From Acidimicrobiales bacterium (GTDB taxonomy: Bacteria > Actinomycetota > Acidimicrobiia > Acidimicrobiales > Bog-793), in NCBI GenBank assembly GCA_050010315.1, contig JBEKLG010000001.1, forward strand, positions 1 through 38,606: a stretch of DNA of 38,606 nt, read 5' to 3'. This document shows, piece by piece, positions 1-9,468 of the stretch (position 1 is its first letter; every line of letters starts with the position of its first letter). A program made the translations under genes and the position numbers. The notes below the pieces were generated by a model. It was not told the origin of the DNA. It did no database searches and was given only the letters and a program-made list of their open reading frames with translations.

Positions 1-451
1 CCATCTTCTGAATCCGCTCGGCTGGCAGCTGGGCCGCCTCCTGCCAAATCTCGGCGGAATCGGCGTCTGACTCATGGATCGTGACCCAGAGCCGGTCGGG
101 CTCGAAACCGAGGACCTCGGTCACGAGCTCCCAGGCGTAGGGGATCGCCAGCTCCTTGAAATAGTCGCCAAAACTGAAGTTCCCGAGCATCTCGAACAGC
201 GTCTCGTGGCGTGTCGTCGTGCCGATGATGTCGATGTCCGACATGCGGAAGCAGGGCTGGATCGTCGTCGCCCGCTCGACCGGTGCTCGCTCCTCGCCGG
301 TGAAGTACGGCTTGAACTGCACCATGCCAGCGATCGTGAACATCACCGACGGGTCGAGCGGCACGAGGCTCGCCGGGGCGAGGGCGGCGTGCCCGCGCTC
401 GACGAAGAAGCGGGTGAACGCCGCCCGCAGCTGGTCGCTCGAGATCGTCAT
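1..451 (-). CDS. alaS: Alanine--tRNA ligase, N-terminal part (runs off the window edge)
   Basis: I translated the reverse strand by hand from the ATG at 451-449. It gives MTISSDQLRAAFTRFFVERGHAALAPASLVPLDPSVMFTIAGMVQFKPYF...TTIQPCFRMSDIDIIGTTTRHETLFEMLGNFSFGDYFK, the typical AlaRS N-terminus. The ORF is absent from the track because it is truncated at the edge. It starts 4 nt after the rarA stop. Confidence 0.9.
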   Translation of the reverse strand, partial: MTISSDQLRAAFTRFFVERGHAALAPASLVPLDPSVMFTIAGMVQFKPYFTGEERAPVERATTIQPCFRMSDIDIIGTTTRHETLFEMLGNFSFGDYFKELAIPYAWELVTEVLGFEPDRLWVTIHESDADSAEIWQEAAQLPAERIQKM

Positions 452-455
452 CGCC

Positions 456-1817
456 TCACCGTGTCCGGTTCTCCTTCGCCTTGGCATCCCCGGACGCGGC
501 ATCGTGCCGAAGGCTTCGCAGGGCGGCGAGCCGCTCGGCGATCCCGGCCTCGGCACCGTGCTCGGACGGCTCGTAGTAGCGCCGTCCGACGAGCTCGGCC
601 GGGAGGTACTCGGCTGCGACCCAGCCACGCGGGTCATCGTGAGGATACTCGTAGCCGACCCCGTGCCCGAGCGAGGCCGCCCCGGGGTAGTTCGACCCTC
701 GCAGCTCGGCGGGCACCGCGCCGAGCGAGCCGGCCTCGACGTCCGCCTCGGCCGCCCAGAGGGCCTTCGCCGCCCGGTTCGACTTCGGCGCCACAGCGAG
801 GTAGACGACCGCCTCGGCGAGGTTGAGCGCCGCCTCCGGCAGCCCCACCCGGTCGAGGGCCGCCGCCGCCGCTTCGGCAACGACGAGGGCGAGCGGGTCC
901 GCCAACCCGACGTCCTCGCTCGACAGGATCACCAGCCGGCGGGCGACGAAACGGGGGTCCTCGCCGGCAGCGAGCAGGCGGCAGAGCCAGTAGACCCCGG
1001 CGTCGGGGTCCGAACCGCGCACGGACTTGATGAGGGCGCTGGCGAGGTCGTAGTGGGCGTCGCGCCCGTGGCGGATGGCGCGGGTCGTCCTCGCCGCCTC
1101 GACGTCGGCGCGGCCGATCACAACCTCGCCTACCCCGCGGGTCCGGGCGACGGCGATGGCGATCTCGAGCGTCGTCAGCATCGTGCGCGCGTCGCCGTCG
1201 GCGAGGTCGCAGCACGCCTCGAGCGCCTCGGCGTCGATCCTGGCGTGCTCGGCTTCGACGGCGCGGCCACCGAGCTCGGCGAGGTCGGCGCGACCGAGGG
1301 CGTCGAAGCGCCAGAGCGTCGAGCGCGACAGCAACGGCGAGGTGAGCGAGAAGAAGGGATTCTCCGTCGTCGCACCGATGAGCACGATCAGGCCCTCCTC
1401 GACCCCCGGCAGGAGCGCGTCCTGCTGGGACCGCGAGAAACGGTGGATCTCGTCTAGGAAAAGGATCGTGCCCCGCCCGGTCGTGCCGAGTTCGCGGCGC
1501 GCCGCCTCGAGGGTCTCACGGATCTCGCGCACGCCAGCCGAGGTCGCCGAGAGCTGGACGAAGACCTTCGCCGTCCGAGCCGCGACGATGCGGGCGAGCG
1601 TCGTCTTGCCCGAGCCCGCTGGGCCGAAGAAGACCGCCGAGGAGAGCCGGTCCGCCTCGATCAGCGCCCGCAGGGTCGCGCCGGGACCGACGAGGTGCGC
1701 CTGGCCGACGAAGTCCTCGAGCTTTCCTGGCCGCATTCGCGTCGCGAGCGGCGCCGTCCTCGACAGCTCCGCGGCGGCCGCGGCCTCGAACAGGTCGGCG
1801 TGCGGTCCCTGTGCCAT
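456..1817 (-). CDS. rarA: Replication-associated recombination protein A (AAA+ ATPase, MgsA/RarA)
   Basis: This is the inner part of ORF 456..1943. The start is taken at the ATG at 1817 (MAQGPHADLFEAA...). It has Walker A GPAGSGKTT, Walker B ILFLDEIHRF and the MgsA C-terminal region (YDLASALIKSVRGSDPDAGVYWL). The Arg-rich 42 aa upstream look non-coding. Confidence 0.9.
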   Translation of the reverse strand: MAQGPHADLFEAAAAAELSRTAPLATRMRPGKLEDFVGQAHLVGPGATLRALIEADRLSSAVFFGPAGSGKTTLARIVAARTAKVFVQLSATSAGVREIRETLEAARRELGTTGRGTILFLDEIHRFSRSQQDALLPGVEEGLIVLIGATTENPFFSLTSPLLSRSTLWRFDALGRADLAELGGRAVEAEHARIDAEALEACCDLADGDARTMLTTLEIAIAVARTRGVGEVVIGRADVEAARTTRAIRHGRDAHYDLASALIKSVRGSDPDAGVYWLCRLLAAGEDPRFVARRLVILSSEDVGLADPLALVVAEAAAAALDRVGLPEAALNLAEAVVYLAVAPKSNRAAKALWAAEADVEAGSLGAVPAELRGSNYPGAASLGHGVGYEYPHDDPRGWVAAEYLPAELVGRRYYEPSEHGAEAGIAERLAALRSLRHDAASGDAKAKENRTR

Positions 1818-1836
1818 CCCCGACCTGCCCGCGCCC

Positions 1837-3612
1837 CTAGTTCGCCCCCGTCGCCGGCGGCGCGCCGCCGGCGAGACGCAGCCCGAGCTCGCCGAGTCGC
1901 TCCGGCGGGAGCGCGAGCGGGCCGCCCGTGAGCGGGTCGGCACCGGACTGGGTCTTCGGGAAGGCGATCACCTCGCGGATGTTCTCCTCGCCGGCGAGGA
2001 TCGCGACGAAGCGGTCGAGCCCTACGGCGAACCCGCCGTGCGGCGGGCCACCGTAGCGGTAGGCGTCGAGGAGGAACCCGAAGCGCGACTCCGCCTCGGC
2101 GTCCGAGATGCCGAGCGCGGCGAATACGCGCCGCTGGAGCTCGGGCTGGTGGATCCGGAGCGAACCGGAGCCGAGCTCCCAGCCGTTTAGGACCAAGTCG
2201 TAGGAGTGCGCCCGCACGCTGAACGGCTCGGACTCGAGCTTCCCGAGGTCCTCGAGGTACGGCATCGTGAACGGGTGGTGCGCGGCCTGCGGGTTGCCGT
2301 CGGCGTCGACCCCGTCGAACAGCGGGAAGTCGACGACCCAGCAGAACCGCAACGGGCCGGAGGCGCTCGCCGGCCGGCCGAGCTCCAGCCGGAGCTGGCC
2401 GAGCACCTCGCAGGCGCGGCGGTACTCGTCAGCGACGACGAGCACGAGGTCGCCTGCCATCAGGCGCGTCGCGGCGATGATCGCCGCGGCTTCGTCCGGC
2501 GCGAGGTGCCTCGCCGCGGGACCGTCGAGCGCCACGGGGTCACCGACCCCGCGCAACCAGACGAGGCCCTTGGCGCCGAGCGACCGGGCGCGGCCGACGA
2601 GCTCGTCGAGGCGGGCCCGGCCAAAGCTGGCCCCGCCTGCTAGGACGATCGCCTTCACCGCCGGGGCGCGGAGGGCCGCGAACCCGCCCGCGGCGAGGGC
2701 GGTGGTGAGATCGACAAGCTCCATCCCGAACCGGACGTCGGGCTTGTCGGTGCCGTAGCGGTCGAGCGCGGCAGCCCAGGTGAGGCGGGCGAACTCCCCC
2801 GGACGCTCGCCGGTCGCCGCCTCGGTCGCCTCGACCATCGCCTCAGTAACGAACCCGAGGATCTCGTCTTGGCCGACGAAGCTCGCCTCCACGTCGAGCT
2901 GGGTGAACTCGAACTGCCGGTCGGCCCGGAGGTCCTCGTCCCGCAGGCAACGTGCGATCTGGTAGTAGCGGTCGAAGCCGCCGATCATCATCAGCTGCTT
3001 GGCGATCTGGGGGCTCTGGGGGAGGGCGTAGAAGAGGCCGTGCTGGAGCCGCGACGGCACGACGAATTCGCGCGCCCCCTCCGGCGTCGGCGTCCAGAGC
3101 AGGGGCGTCTCGATCTCGACGAAGCCCTGACGCTCCATCGCCCGGCGGATCGCCGAGTTCACGACGGCGCGCAGCCGCAGGTTCGCCTGCATCCGCTCCG
3201 TCCGCAGGTCGATGTAGCGGTAGCGCAGCCTGACCGGCTCGTCGGTCTCGGCCCGCTCGTCGAGCGAGAACGGCAGCGGCTCGCACTTCGCCAGCGTCTC
3301 GACGACGCAGTCGCCGAGCTCCACCTCGCCGGTCGCGAGCGCCGGGTTCGCCGTCCCCTCGGGGCGGAGACGCACCGTGCCGGTCACGCGCACGACGTAT
3401 TCGGGCCGGACGCCGCGGGCTGCCTCGACGACACACTGGACGACGCCGGTGTGGTCGCGCAGATCGAGGAAGGCGAGGTGCTCGCCGTGCTCGCGTCGGC
3501 GCGCCACCCAGCCGCAGACCGAGACCTCGCGGCCGACGTCTGTCGCCCGCAGCGTGCCGCAGTAGTGCGTGCGCAAGCCGGGCCCTGCCGGGCTCTCCCC
3601 GCTCCCGGTCAC
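1837..3612 (-). CDS. aspS: Aspartate--tRNA ligase (bacterial type)
   Basis: Diagnostic segments are RTHYCGTLR...VCGWVARRREHG..FLDLRD, FYALPQSPQ and the class II motifs with the GAD insertion. The start is ambiguous. I prefer the GTG at 3612, which has GGAGG 8 nt upstream and forms a GTGA overlap with the hisS stop. Alternatives are the GTG at 3621 (longest ORF) and the TTG at 3576. Confidence 0.92.
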   Translation of the reverse strand: MTGSGESPAGPGLRTHYCGTLRATDVGREVSVCGWVARRREHGEHLAFLDLRDHTGVVQCVVEAARGVRPEYVVRVTGTVRLRPEGTANPALATGEVELGDCVVETLAKCEPLPFSLDERAETDEPVRLRYRYIDLRTERMQANLRLRAVVNSAIRRAMERQGFVEIETPLLWTPTPEGAREFVVPSRLQHGLFYALPQSPQIAKQLMMIGGFDRYYQIARCLRDEDLRADRQFEFTQLDVEASFVGQDEILGFVTEAMVEATEAATGERPGEFARLTWAAALDRYGTDKPDVRFGMELVDLTTALAAGGFAALRAPAVKAIVLAGGASFGRARLDELVGRARSLGAKGLVWLRGVGDPVALDGPAARHLAPDEAAAIIAATRLMAGDLVLVVADEYRRACEVLGQLRLELGRPASASGPLRFCWVVDFPLFDGVDADGNPQAAHHPFTMPYLEDLGKLESEPFSVRAHSYDLVLNGWELGSGSLRIHQPELQRRVFAALGISDAEAESRFGFLLDAYRYGGPPHGGFAVGLDRFVAILAGEENIREVIAFPKTQSGADPLTGGPLALPPERLGELGLRLAGGAPPATGAN

Positions 3613-4871
3613 GAAAGCCACCTCCGGATCGAGTCCTCCAAGTCGGCGAGCCCGACCGACTCCTGGTGTCCCGCGGCCTCGCCGCGCAGCACGCGCAGCG
3701 TCGCCTGCCCCGCCCCCGCCGCGGCGGCGCCGACGATGACGGCGAGGCGGGCCCGGCTGCGGTCGGCGAGGGTGAGCTGGGCCTTGAGCGAGCGGCCCTC
3801 GAAGGCGCGGTCGGCGCCAATACCCGATCGGCGCAGCCTCGCCGTGAGGTCGCGGGCCGCCGCCCCGCCGAGCAGGTCGACGACGAAGACGTCGACGGCG
3901 CGACCGGGGTCGAAAAAGGCGCCTTCGGCGTCACAGGCGAGGAGGATGCGCTCGATGCCGCTGCCGAAGCCGATCCCCGGCGTCGGCTTGCCGCCCAGCT
4001 CGGCGACGAGCCCGTCGTAGCGACCGCCGCCGAGGACGACGTCCTGCGCGGCGTCGAGCGCGGGCGAGGAGAACTCGAAGGTCGTTCGGGTGTAGTAGTC
4101 GAAGCCCCGCACGAGGAACTCGTCGGCCGCCCAGCCGATGCCGAGGGCGGTGAGGCCGTCGGTCACCCGCGCGAAGTGCTCCCGGCACGCCGCACAGAGC
4201 GAGTCCCCGAGCCGCGGCGCCGCGGCGCGCACGGCGACGCAGGCCGGGTCCTTGCAGTCGAGGACGCGCAGCGGGTTCGCCTTGAAGCGGCCGGCGTGTT
4301 CACCGCAGAGCTCGGTGGCGTGGCCCTGCAGGTACGACACGAGCGCGGCACGGTACGGCGGCAGACAGGCTTCGTCGCCCATCGAGTTCACCTTGAGGGC
4401 GACCCCGCGCAGCCCGAGCGAGGCGATAAAGGCGCTCCCCAGCGCGACCACCTCGACGTCGAGGTCGGGGTCGGCGCTGCCGATCGCCTCCACGCCGAGC
4501 TGGTGGTGCTGGCGGTATCTCCCGGCCTGGGGCCGCTCGTAGCGGAACGCCGACGTCGCGTACCAGACCTTCCAGGGAACCGGCGGGTGGTGCTGGACGA
4601 AGGCGCGCACGACCGACGCTGTCCCCTCCGGCCGCAGCGCGAGCAGCCGCCCGCCTTTGTCTTCGAACTCGTACATCTCTTTTCGCACCAGCTCTGTCGT
4701 CGCCCCGGCGCTGCGGCGGAAAAGCTGCGCGTCCTCGAACATCGGCGAGATGACGAGCCCGTAGCCGGCGCAGCGCGCGAGCTCGGCGAAGCAGGTGACG
4801 ACACCGGCGAAGCGCGCGCTCTCCGGCGGCAGGACGTCGCGCGTCCCCTTGGGCGCCTGGAAGGCGCTCAC
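3609..4871 (-). CDS. hisS: Histidine--tRNA ligase
   Basis: The N-terminus reads VSAFQAPKGTRDVLP, with RPEGTASVVRA and FRYERPQAGRYRQHHQ (HisRS motif 2). I chose the GTG at 4871 because it sits about 7 aa before the KGTRD motif, as in known HisRS, and overlaps the relA stop (GTGA). The Arg-rich 41-aa extension of the track ORF was rejected. Confidence 0.92.
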   Translation of the reverse strand: MSAFQAPKGTRDVLPPESARFAGVVTCFAELARCAGYGLVISPMFEDAQLFRRSAGATTELVRKEMYEFEDKGGRLLALRPEGTASVVRAFVQHHPPVPWKVWYATSAFRYERPQAGRYRQHHQLGVEAIGSADPDLDVEVVALGSAFIASLGLRGVALKVNSMGDEACLPPYRAALVSYLQGHATELCGEHAGRFKANPLRVLDCKDPACVAVRAAAPRLGDSLCAACREHFARVTDGLTALGIGWAADEFLVRGFDYYTRTTFEFSSPALDAAQDVVLGGGRYDGLVAELGGKPTPGIGFGSGIERILLACDAEGAFFDPGRAVDVFVVDLLGGAAARDLTARLRRSGIGADRAFEGRSLKAQLTLADRSRARLAVIVGAAAAGAGQATLRVLRGEAAGHQESVGLADLEDSIRRWLS

Positions 4872-7153
4872 GAGTTGGCGGCGCGGAAAGACCTGCCCTT
4901 GCCGGGCAACAGGCGGAAGGCGTCGTAGACGCCCTCGAGCCCGCGCAGCGCGGCAAGGACCGAGTCGAGGTGCGCGCTGTCGGCGAGCTCGCACTCAAAT
5001 CGCATGCTCGCCACCCTATCCGGCGCGGTCTCGGCAGAGATTCCGACGATGCCGACGTGGTGCTCGGCGAGGACGCGCGCCACGTCGGCGAGCAGCTCCG
5101 AGCGGTCGAGCGCCTTGATCCCGATGCCGGCGATGTGCAGACCCACCTGGGCCGCGTCCCACTCCACCTCGACGAGCCGCTCCCGGAGCTCGCCGGCGAG
5201 CGAGAGGGCGTTCACGCAGTCGGCACGGTGGACCGACACGCCGCGCCCCCGCGTCACGAAGCCGACGATCGGGTCGCCCGGCACCGGGGTGCAGCAGGCG
5301 GAGAGGCGCACGAGCATGTCGTCGAGCCCCTCGACGAAGACGCCGGCGCTGCCCGGCTCGCCCACCGTCGACCGCCGCGGCTGGAGAACGGTCGTCGGCA
5401 GCTGCTCGTCGCCCTCGCCGAGGATGTCGCGTCGCAACCGCTGCACGACGGCCCGCCCGGAGAGGTGGCCCTCGCCGATCGCGGCGTAGAGCCCTTCGGG
5501 GTCGGCGTAGCCGAGCACGCTCGCCAGCCGCTCGAGGGCGCTCGAATCGAACATTCGGCGTACCGGCAGGCCCTCCCGGCGCAGCTCCCTGGCAAATTCG
5601 TCGCGGCCGTTATCGATGGCGTCCTCGCGGCGCTCCCGGGAGAACCACTGACGGATCTTGTTGCGCGCCCTCGGCGAGACGACGATCTTCAGCCAGTCCT
5701 TCGACGGGCCCGCCGTCGGGAACTTCGAGGTGATGATCTCGACGGTGTCGCCCGACTGGAGCTTCGTCTCCAAAGGCACAAGCCGCTCGTTCACCCGCGC
5801 CCCGACGCAACGGTGGCCGACGTCGGTGTGGATCATGTAGGCGAAGTCGATCGGCGTCGCCCCCGTCGGCAGCGTCATGATCTCGCCTTTCGGCGTGAAG
5901 ACGTAGACCTCGTCCTGCTCGAGGTCGAGTTTCAACGTCTCAAGGAACTCGATCGGGTCCGGGGTCTCGCGCTCCCAGTCGACGATGCGCTGCAGCCACT
6001 GGATCTCGTCGGCCGCCGAGGCTTCCCCGGGGTGGGCGGCGTCCTCTTTGTAGCCCCAGTGGGCGGCGATGCCGTGCTCGGCGCGCAAATGCATCGCCAT
6101 CGTGCGGATCTGCACCTCGAGGGGCTTGCCGCGCGGACCGACGACGGTCGTGTGGAGGGACTGGTAGAGATTGAACTTCGGCGAGTTGATGTAGTCCTTG
6201 AAGCGGCCCTGCACCGGCGGCCACAGGGCGTGGACGGCGCCGAGGGCCTCCCAGCAGTCCTTCTCGGCGTCGACGATGACGCGGATGCCGACGAGGTCGT
6301 TGATCTCCTCGAACTCCTTGCCGCGCACGACCATCTTCTCGTAGATGCTCCAGAGGTGTTTCGGGCGGCCGGTGACGACGGCCTCGACGTCGAGCGCGGA
6401 CAACCGAGCCTTGAGGATCTCGACGACCTCGGCGACCTCGAGCTCACGGCTCGGTGCCCGCGTCGCCACCATCTGGGCGATCTCCTCGTAGCGCTTCGGG
6501 TGAAGGGTGAAGAACGAAAGGTCCTCGAGCTGCCACTTGATTTCCTGGATGCCGAGGCGGTGGGCGAGCGGCGCGTAGATGTCGAGGGTCTGCTGGGCGA
6601 TGCGGCGCTGCTTCCACTCCGGCATCACGGAGAGGGTGCGCATGTTGTGGAGCCGGTCGGCGAGCTTGATGACGAGCACCCGCCAGTCGTTCGCCATCGC
6701 GACGAGCATCTTGCGCACCGTCGCCGCCTGCTGGGCCTCCCGCGAGGAGAACTTCAGCCGGTCGAGCTTCGTGACCCCGTCGACGATCTGGGCGACGACC
6801 GGGCCGAACTCCGCTTCGATCTCGGCGACGGTGACCGGCGTGTCCTCGACGACGTCGTGGAGCAGCGCCGCGACGACGCTCGTCGACTCGAGGCCGAGGT
6901 CGGTGACGATCTGGGCGACGGCGATCGAGTGGCTGACGTAGGGCTCGCCCGAGAGCCGGCGCTGGCCCTCGTGGGCGCGGGAGGCCATGGCGAAAGCGCG
7001 ACGGACGACTGTCGTGTCGAGTCCCGGATGACGCAGGGCGAGCGTCGAGATCAACGGCTCGATCGAGCTCACCGACTCTGGCTTCTCGTCGAAGCCGACG
7101 AGAAGCATCGGCGTGGTGAGGTGCTCCCGGTCGAGTGGGCTCACCGCGTCCAT
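4868..7153 (-). CDS. relA: Bifunctional (p)ppGpp synthetase/hydrolase (RelA/SpoT homologue)
   Basis: It carries the HD hydrolase motif (HSIAVAQI...LLHDVVEDT), the synthetase motif (RFKDYINSPKFNLYQSLHTTV), a TGS domain and a C-terminal ACT-like domain. The start is taken at the ATG at 7153 (MDAVSPLDRE...). The upstream 210 aa of ORF 4868..7783 are Arg/Gly-rich and overlap the neighbouring gene. Confidence 0.92.
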   Translation of the reverse strand: MDAVSPLDREHLTTPMLLVGFDEKPESVSSIEPLISTLALRHPGLDTTVVRRAFAMASRAHEGQRRLSGEPYVSHSIAVAQIVTDLGLESTSVVAALLHDVVEDTPVTVAEIEAEFGPVVAQIVDGVTKLDRLKFSSREAQQAATVRKMLVAMANDWRVLVIKLADRLHNMRTLSVMPEWKQRRIAQQTLDIYAPLAHRLGIQEIKWQLEDLSFFTLHPKRYEEIAQMVATRAPSRELEVAEVVEILKARLSALDVEAVVTGRPKHLWSIYEKMVVRGKEFEEINDLVGIRVIVDAEKDCWEALGAVHALWPPVQGRFKDYINSPKFNLYQSLHTTVVGPRGKPLEVQIRTMAMHLRAEHGIAAHWGYKEDAAHPGEASAADEIQWLQRIVDWERETPDPIEFLETLKLDLEQDEVYVFTPKGEIMTLPTGATPIDFAYMIHTDVGHRCVGARVNERLVPLETKLQSGDTVEIITSKFPTAGPSKDWLKIVVSPRARNKIRQWFSRERREDAIDNGRDEFARELRREGLPVRRMFDSSALERLASVLGYADPEGLYAAIGEGHLSGRAVVQRLRRDILGEGDEQLPTTVLQPRRSTVGEPGSAGVFVEGLDDMLVRLSACCTPVPGDPIVGFVTRGRGVSVHRADCVNALSLAGELRERLVEVEWDAAQVGLHIAGIGIKALDRSELLADVARVLAEHHVGIVGISAETAPDRVASMRFECELADSAHLDSVLAALRGLEGVYDAFRLLPGKGRSFRAANS

Positions 7154-7236
7154 ATCACAGGGTACCGTCGCCGACCTGGTCACGGTGGCACAATCCCGAG
7201 CCGGCGTGTGCTGCGAAGTGGAGCGGCGTCCCGAGA

Positions 7237-8589
7237 TCAGCCCGGCGCGGCCGGCGCGACGCCGCCGGCCAAGACGGCCGGGGCGGGCGCGGGCGCGCCC
7301 TCCTCGGCGCCCGCCGTCCGGGTGGCCGGAACCATCCCGTCGAGCAGGTAGGCCCAAACGAAGAGGTTCGCCGGGTACATGAGGTAACCGAAGCGCGTCG
7401 CCGGGGCGAGCAGGGTCGCGAGCAGCATCGCCCAGGCGGTGAAGCGCGCCACCTCCGCCACGGTGCGCGGCGTCCAGCGGCGCAGGGCATAGACGACGAC
7501 GCCGAGCCCGACGACGATGAGCGCCGCGGTGACGAGCCGGCGGTGATCGGGGAACATCGTGACGAGCATCTGGCCGAAAAGCGGGCTCGCCGCCGGGGAT
7601 TTCACCGCGGTGAGCCCCAGCGGGAAGCGGATTACGTTCTCGAAGAAGGCCCCGGGGTTCGTCGCGAAGCCGACGCCGATCACCGGGACGGCGACGAGCG
7701 CGACCGCCGCGGCGTAGCGACGCGGCGCCGGACGGTCGTCCCGGTCCCGGACGGCGAGGACGGCAAGGGCGATCACCGGCCAAGCGGTGAACTTCAGCGT
7801 CGCCGCCCAGCCGAGGACGAGACCGGCGAGGAAGGGTCGTCGTCTTGCTGCGAGCACGAGGCCCGCCAGCATGAGGGCGAGGACGGGCAGGTCGTCGCCG
7901 CCGGTCACCATCGCCAGGGCCCCCGTCGGCAGCACGACGAGGAACTGCAGGACACGCCCCCGCCGCGCCACCGTCGCGTCAGCCCCAAGGAGGGCGAGCG
8001 CCGAGACAACGAGGGTGAACCCGGCAAGGGTGAGCCGGGCGTCGCCGAGCTCGGCCGGCCCGGCGGCGGCGTTGGCGAGGCCGAAGGGCGCCATGCCCGG
8101 CAGGTACGGGTAGAACGAATTGGCGTCGATCGACTTCGCGTCAGAACGCGGGGAGACGCCGACGGTCACCGGGTGGTCGAGGTACGGGCTCCTGCCCTCG
8201 GCGAGCCGGTCGCCGGCACGCTCGACGACGGCGACCTCGGACTGCGCGTTCGGACCAGGACGCGCCTCTGCTCGCCAGATGAGCTCGCAGACAAGCGGGA
8301 CGACGACCGCACCTAAGAGGACGGCCACGACGACGAATCGCCGCAGAAAGCTCGCCGCAGCCGGCCCGATCGTGCCCCACCGGGCGGCGACGGCGGCGAC
8401 GGCAGAGACCGCGGTCCCGATGCCGTAGGCGACGGCGGCCATCTCGCCCCACTCCCGATAGTCGGCCGAGATCGCGACGGCGGCCGTTGTGACGGCGAAG
8501 ACCGTAGCGCACAGGTAGAAAAAGACGTCCTTGTCGATCGGAGCCCAGGACATGAAACGCCGATACGCCGAAAGGACAGCGCTCCGCAT
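7237..8589 (-). CDS. Polytopic membrane protein, DUF2029 / glycosyltransferase family 87-like (putative polyprenol-phosphate-sugar dependent glycosyltransferase)
   Basis: This 450-aa ORF has many hydrophobic segments and strong GC3. A loop after the first TM pair (SPYLDHP...NSFYPYLPGMAPFGL) resembles PimE/DUF2029 proteins. The family assignment is from memory of the sequence pattern only. Confidence 0.55.
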   Translation of the reverse strand: MRSAVLSAYRRFMSWAPIDKDVFFYLCATVFAVTTAAVAISADYREWGEMAAVAYGIGTAVSAVAAVAARWGTIGPAAASFLRRFVVVAVLLGAVVVPLVCELIWRAEARPGPNAQSEVAVVERAGDRLAEGRSPYLDHPVTVGVSPRSDAKSIDANSFYPYLPGMAPFGLANAAAGPAELGDARLTLAGFTLVVSALALLGADATVARRGRVLQFLVVLPTGALAMVTGGDDLPVLALMLAGLVLAARRRPFLAGLVLGWAATLKFTAWPVIALAVLAVRDRDDRPAPRRYAAAVALVAVPVIGVGFATNPGAFFENVIRFPLGLTAVKSPAASPLFGQMLVTMFPDHRRLVTAALIVVGLGVVVYALRRWTPRTVAEVARFTAWAMLLATLLAPATRFGYLMYPANLFVWAYLLDGMVPATRTAGAEEGAPAPAPAVLAGGVAPAAPG

Positions 8590-8701
8590 CGCCCGGAATC
8601 GTACCCTTGGGGCCCACGAACTCCCGTTGCGGGCGGCGCACCGTCCCGCCCCCGGTCACCGGAGGCGGGACTCGGCGCCACGAGCGGTCGGGCGGAGCCG
8701 C

Positions 8702-9337
8702 TCAGCGGTTCGGTTGCGGGGTGTAGCGCAGGTACTTCTTCACCGACTTGAAGCCCTTGGGGAACGTCGCTTTGGCTTCGTCGTCCGACATCGCCGCCGC
8801 GACGATCACGTCCTCGCCGTCTTTCCAGTTCACCGGTGTGGCGACGGGATAGCTCGCCGTCAACTGGAGCGAGTCGAGAACCCGCAGGATCTCCTCGAAG
8901 TTCCGCCCCGTCGACGCCGGGTAGGTCATCGTCAGCTTGACCTTCTTGTCCGGGCCGATGATGAAGACCGACCGCACCGTGAGGGTGTTGTCGGCGTTGG
9001 GGTGGATCATCCCGTAGAGGTCGGCGACCTTGCGGTCGGGGTCGCCGAGCAACGGGTAGTTCAACGAGTTGCCGGTTGCGTCCTTGATGTCAGCGACCCA
9101 GCCCACATGGGAGGAGACCGGGTCGACCGAGACGCCGAGGACCTTGGTGTTGCGCCTGTCGAACTCGCCCTTCAGCCGGGCGACCTCGCCGAGTTCGGTC
9201 GTGCACACCGGCGTGAAATCCTTCGGGTGCGAAAAGAGAATCCCCCAGCTTTGGCCGAGGTAGTCGTAGAGCGTGATCTTCCCCTCGGTCGAGTCAGCGG
9301 TGAAGTTCGGGGCAACGTCGCCCAGCTGCAGTGCCAT
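8702..9337 (-). CDS. 1-Cys peroxiredoxin (Prx6-type), copy A
   Basis: MALQLGDVAPNFTADSTEG...WGILFSHPKDFTPVCTTELG contains the peroxidatic PVCTTE motif, and this is the only Cys in the protein. The start is at the ATG at 9337. The upstream part of track ORF 8702..9970 is Arg-rich shadow. Confidence 0.9.
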   Translation of the reverse strand: MALQLGDVAPNFTADSTEGKITLYDYLGQSWGILFSHPKDFTPVCTTELGEVARLKGEFDRRNTKVLGVSVDPVSSHVGWVADIKDATGNSLNYPLLGDPDRKVADLYGMIHPNADNTLTVRSVFIIGPDKKVKLTMTYPASTGRNFEEILRVLDSLQLTASYPVATPVNWKDGEDVIVAAAMSDDEAKATFPKGFKSVKKYLRYTPQPNR

Positions 9338-9468
9338 CTTCGTACCTGTTCCATTCCGGCGGCGCGTACGGCGCTCACCACGGTGTCGGTTCTGTGCGGC
9401 GGTGAGCCTAACGGCGGCGCGGCGAACCCTGACCACCGAGCGGTCCTTGTCGCCCCGGCGCCGGCGGG

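Noticed and set aside
74-1457. Plus-strand ORFs 74..826 and 219..1457
   Set aside because: They are antisense to alaS and rarA, both of which have unambiguous motifs. The ORFs have Arg-rich shadow composition.
4970-7351. A 793-aa ORF on the plus strand
   Set aside because: It is antisense to relA, has a low-complexity Arg/Asp/Gly composition and shows no domain signatures.
7154-7783. A 210-aa N-terminal extension of the relA ORF in the track
   Set aside because: The extension is Arg/Gly/Pro-rich, has no similarity to RelA N-termini and overlaps the 3' end of the upstream membrane-protein gene. Homology begins just after the ATG at 7153.
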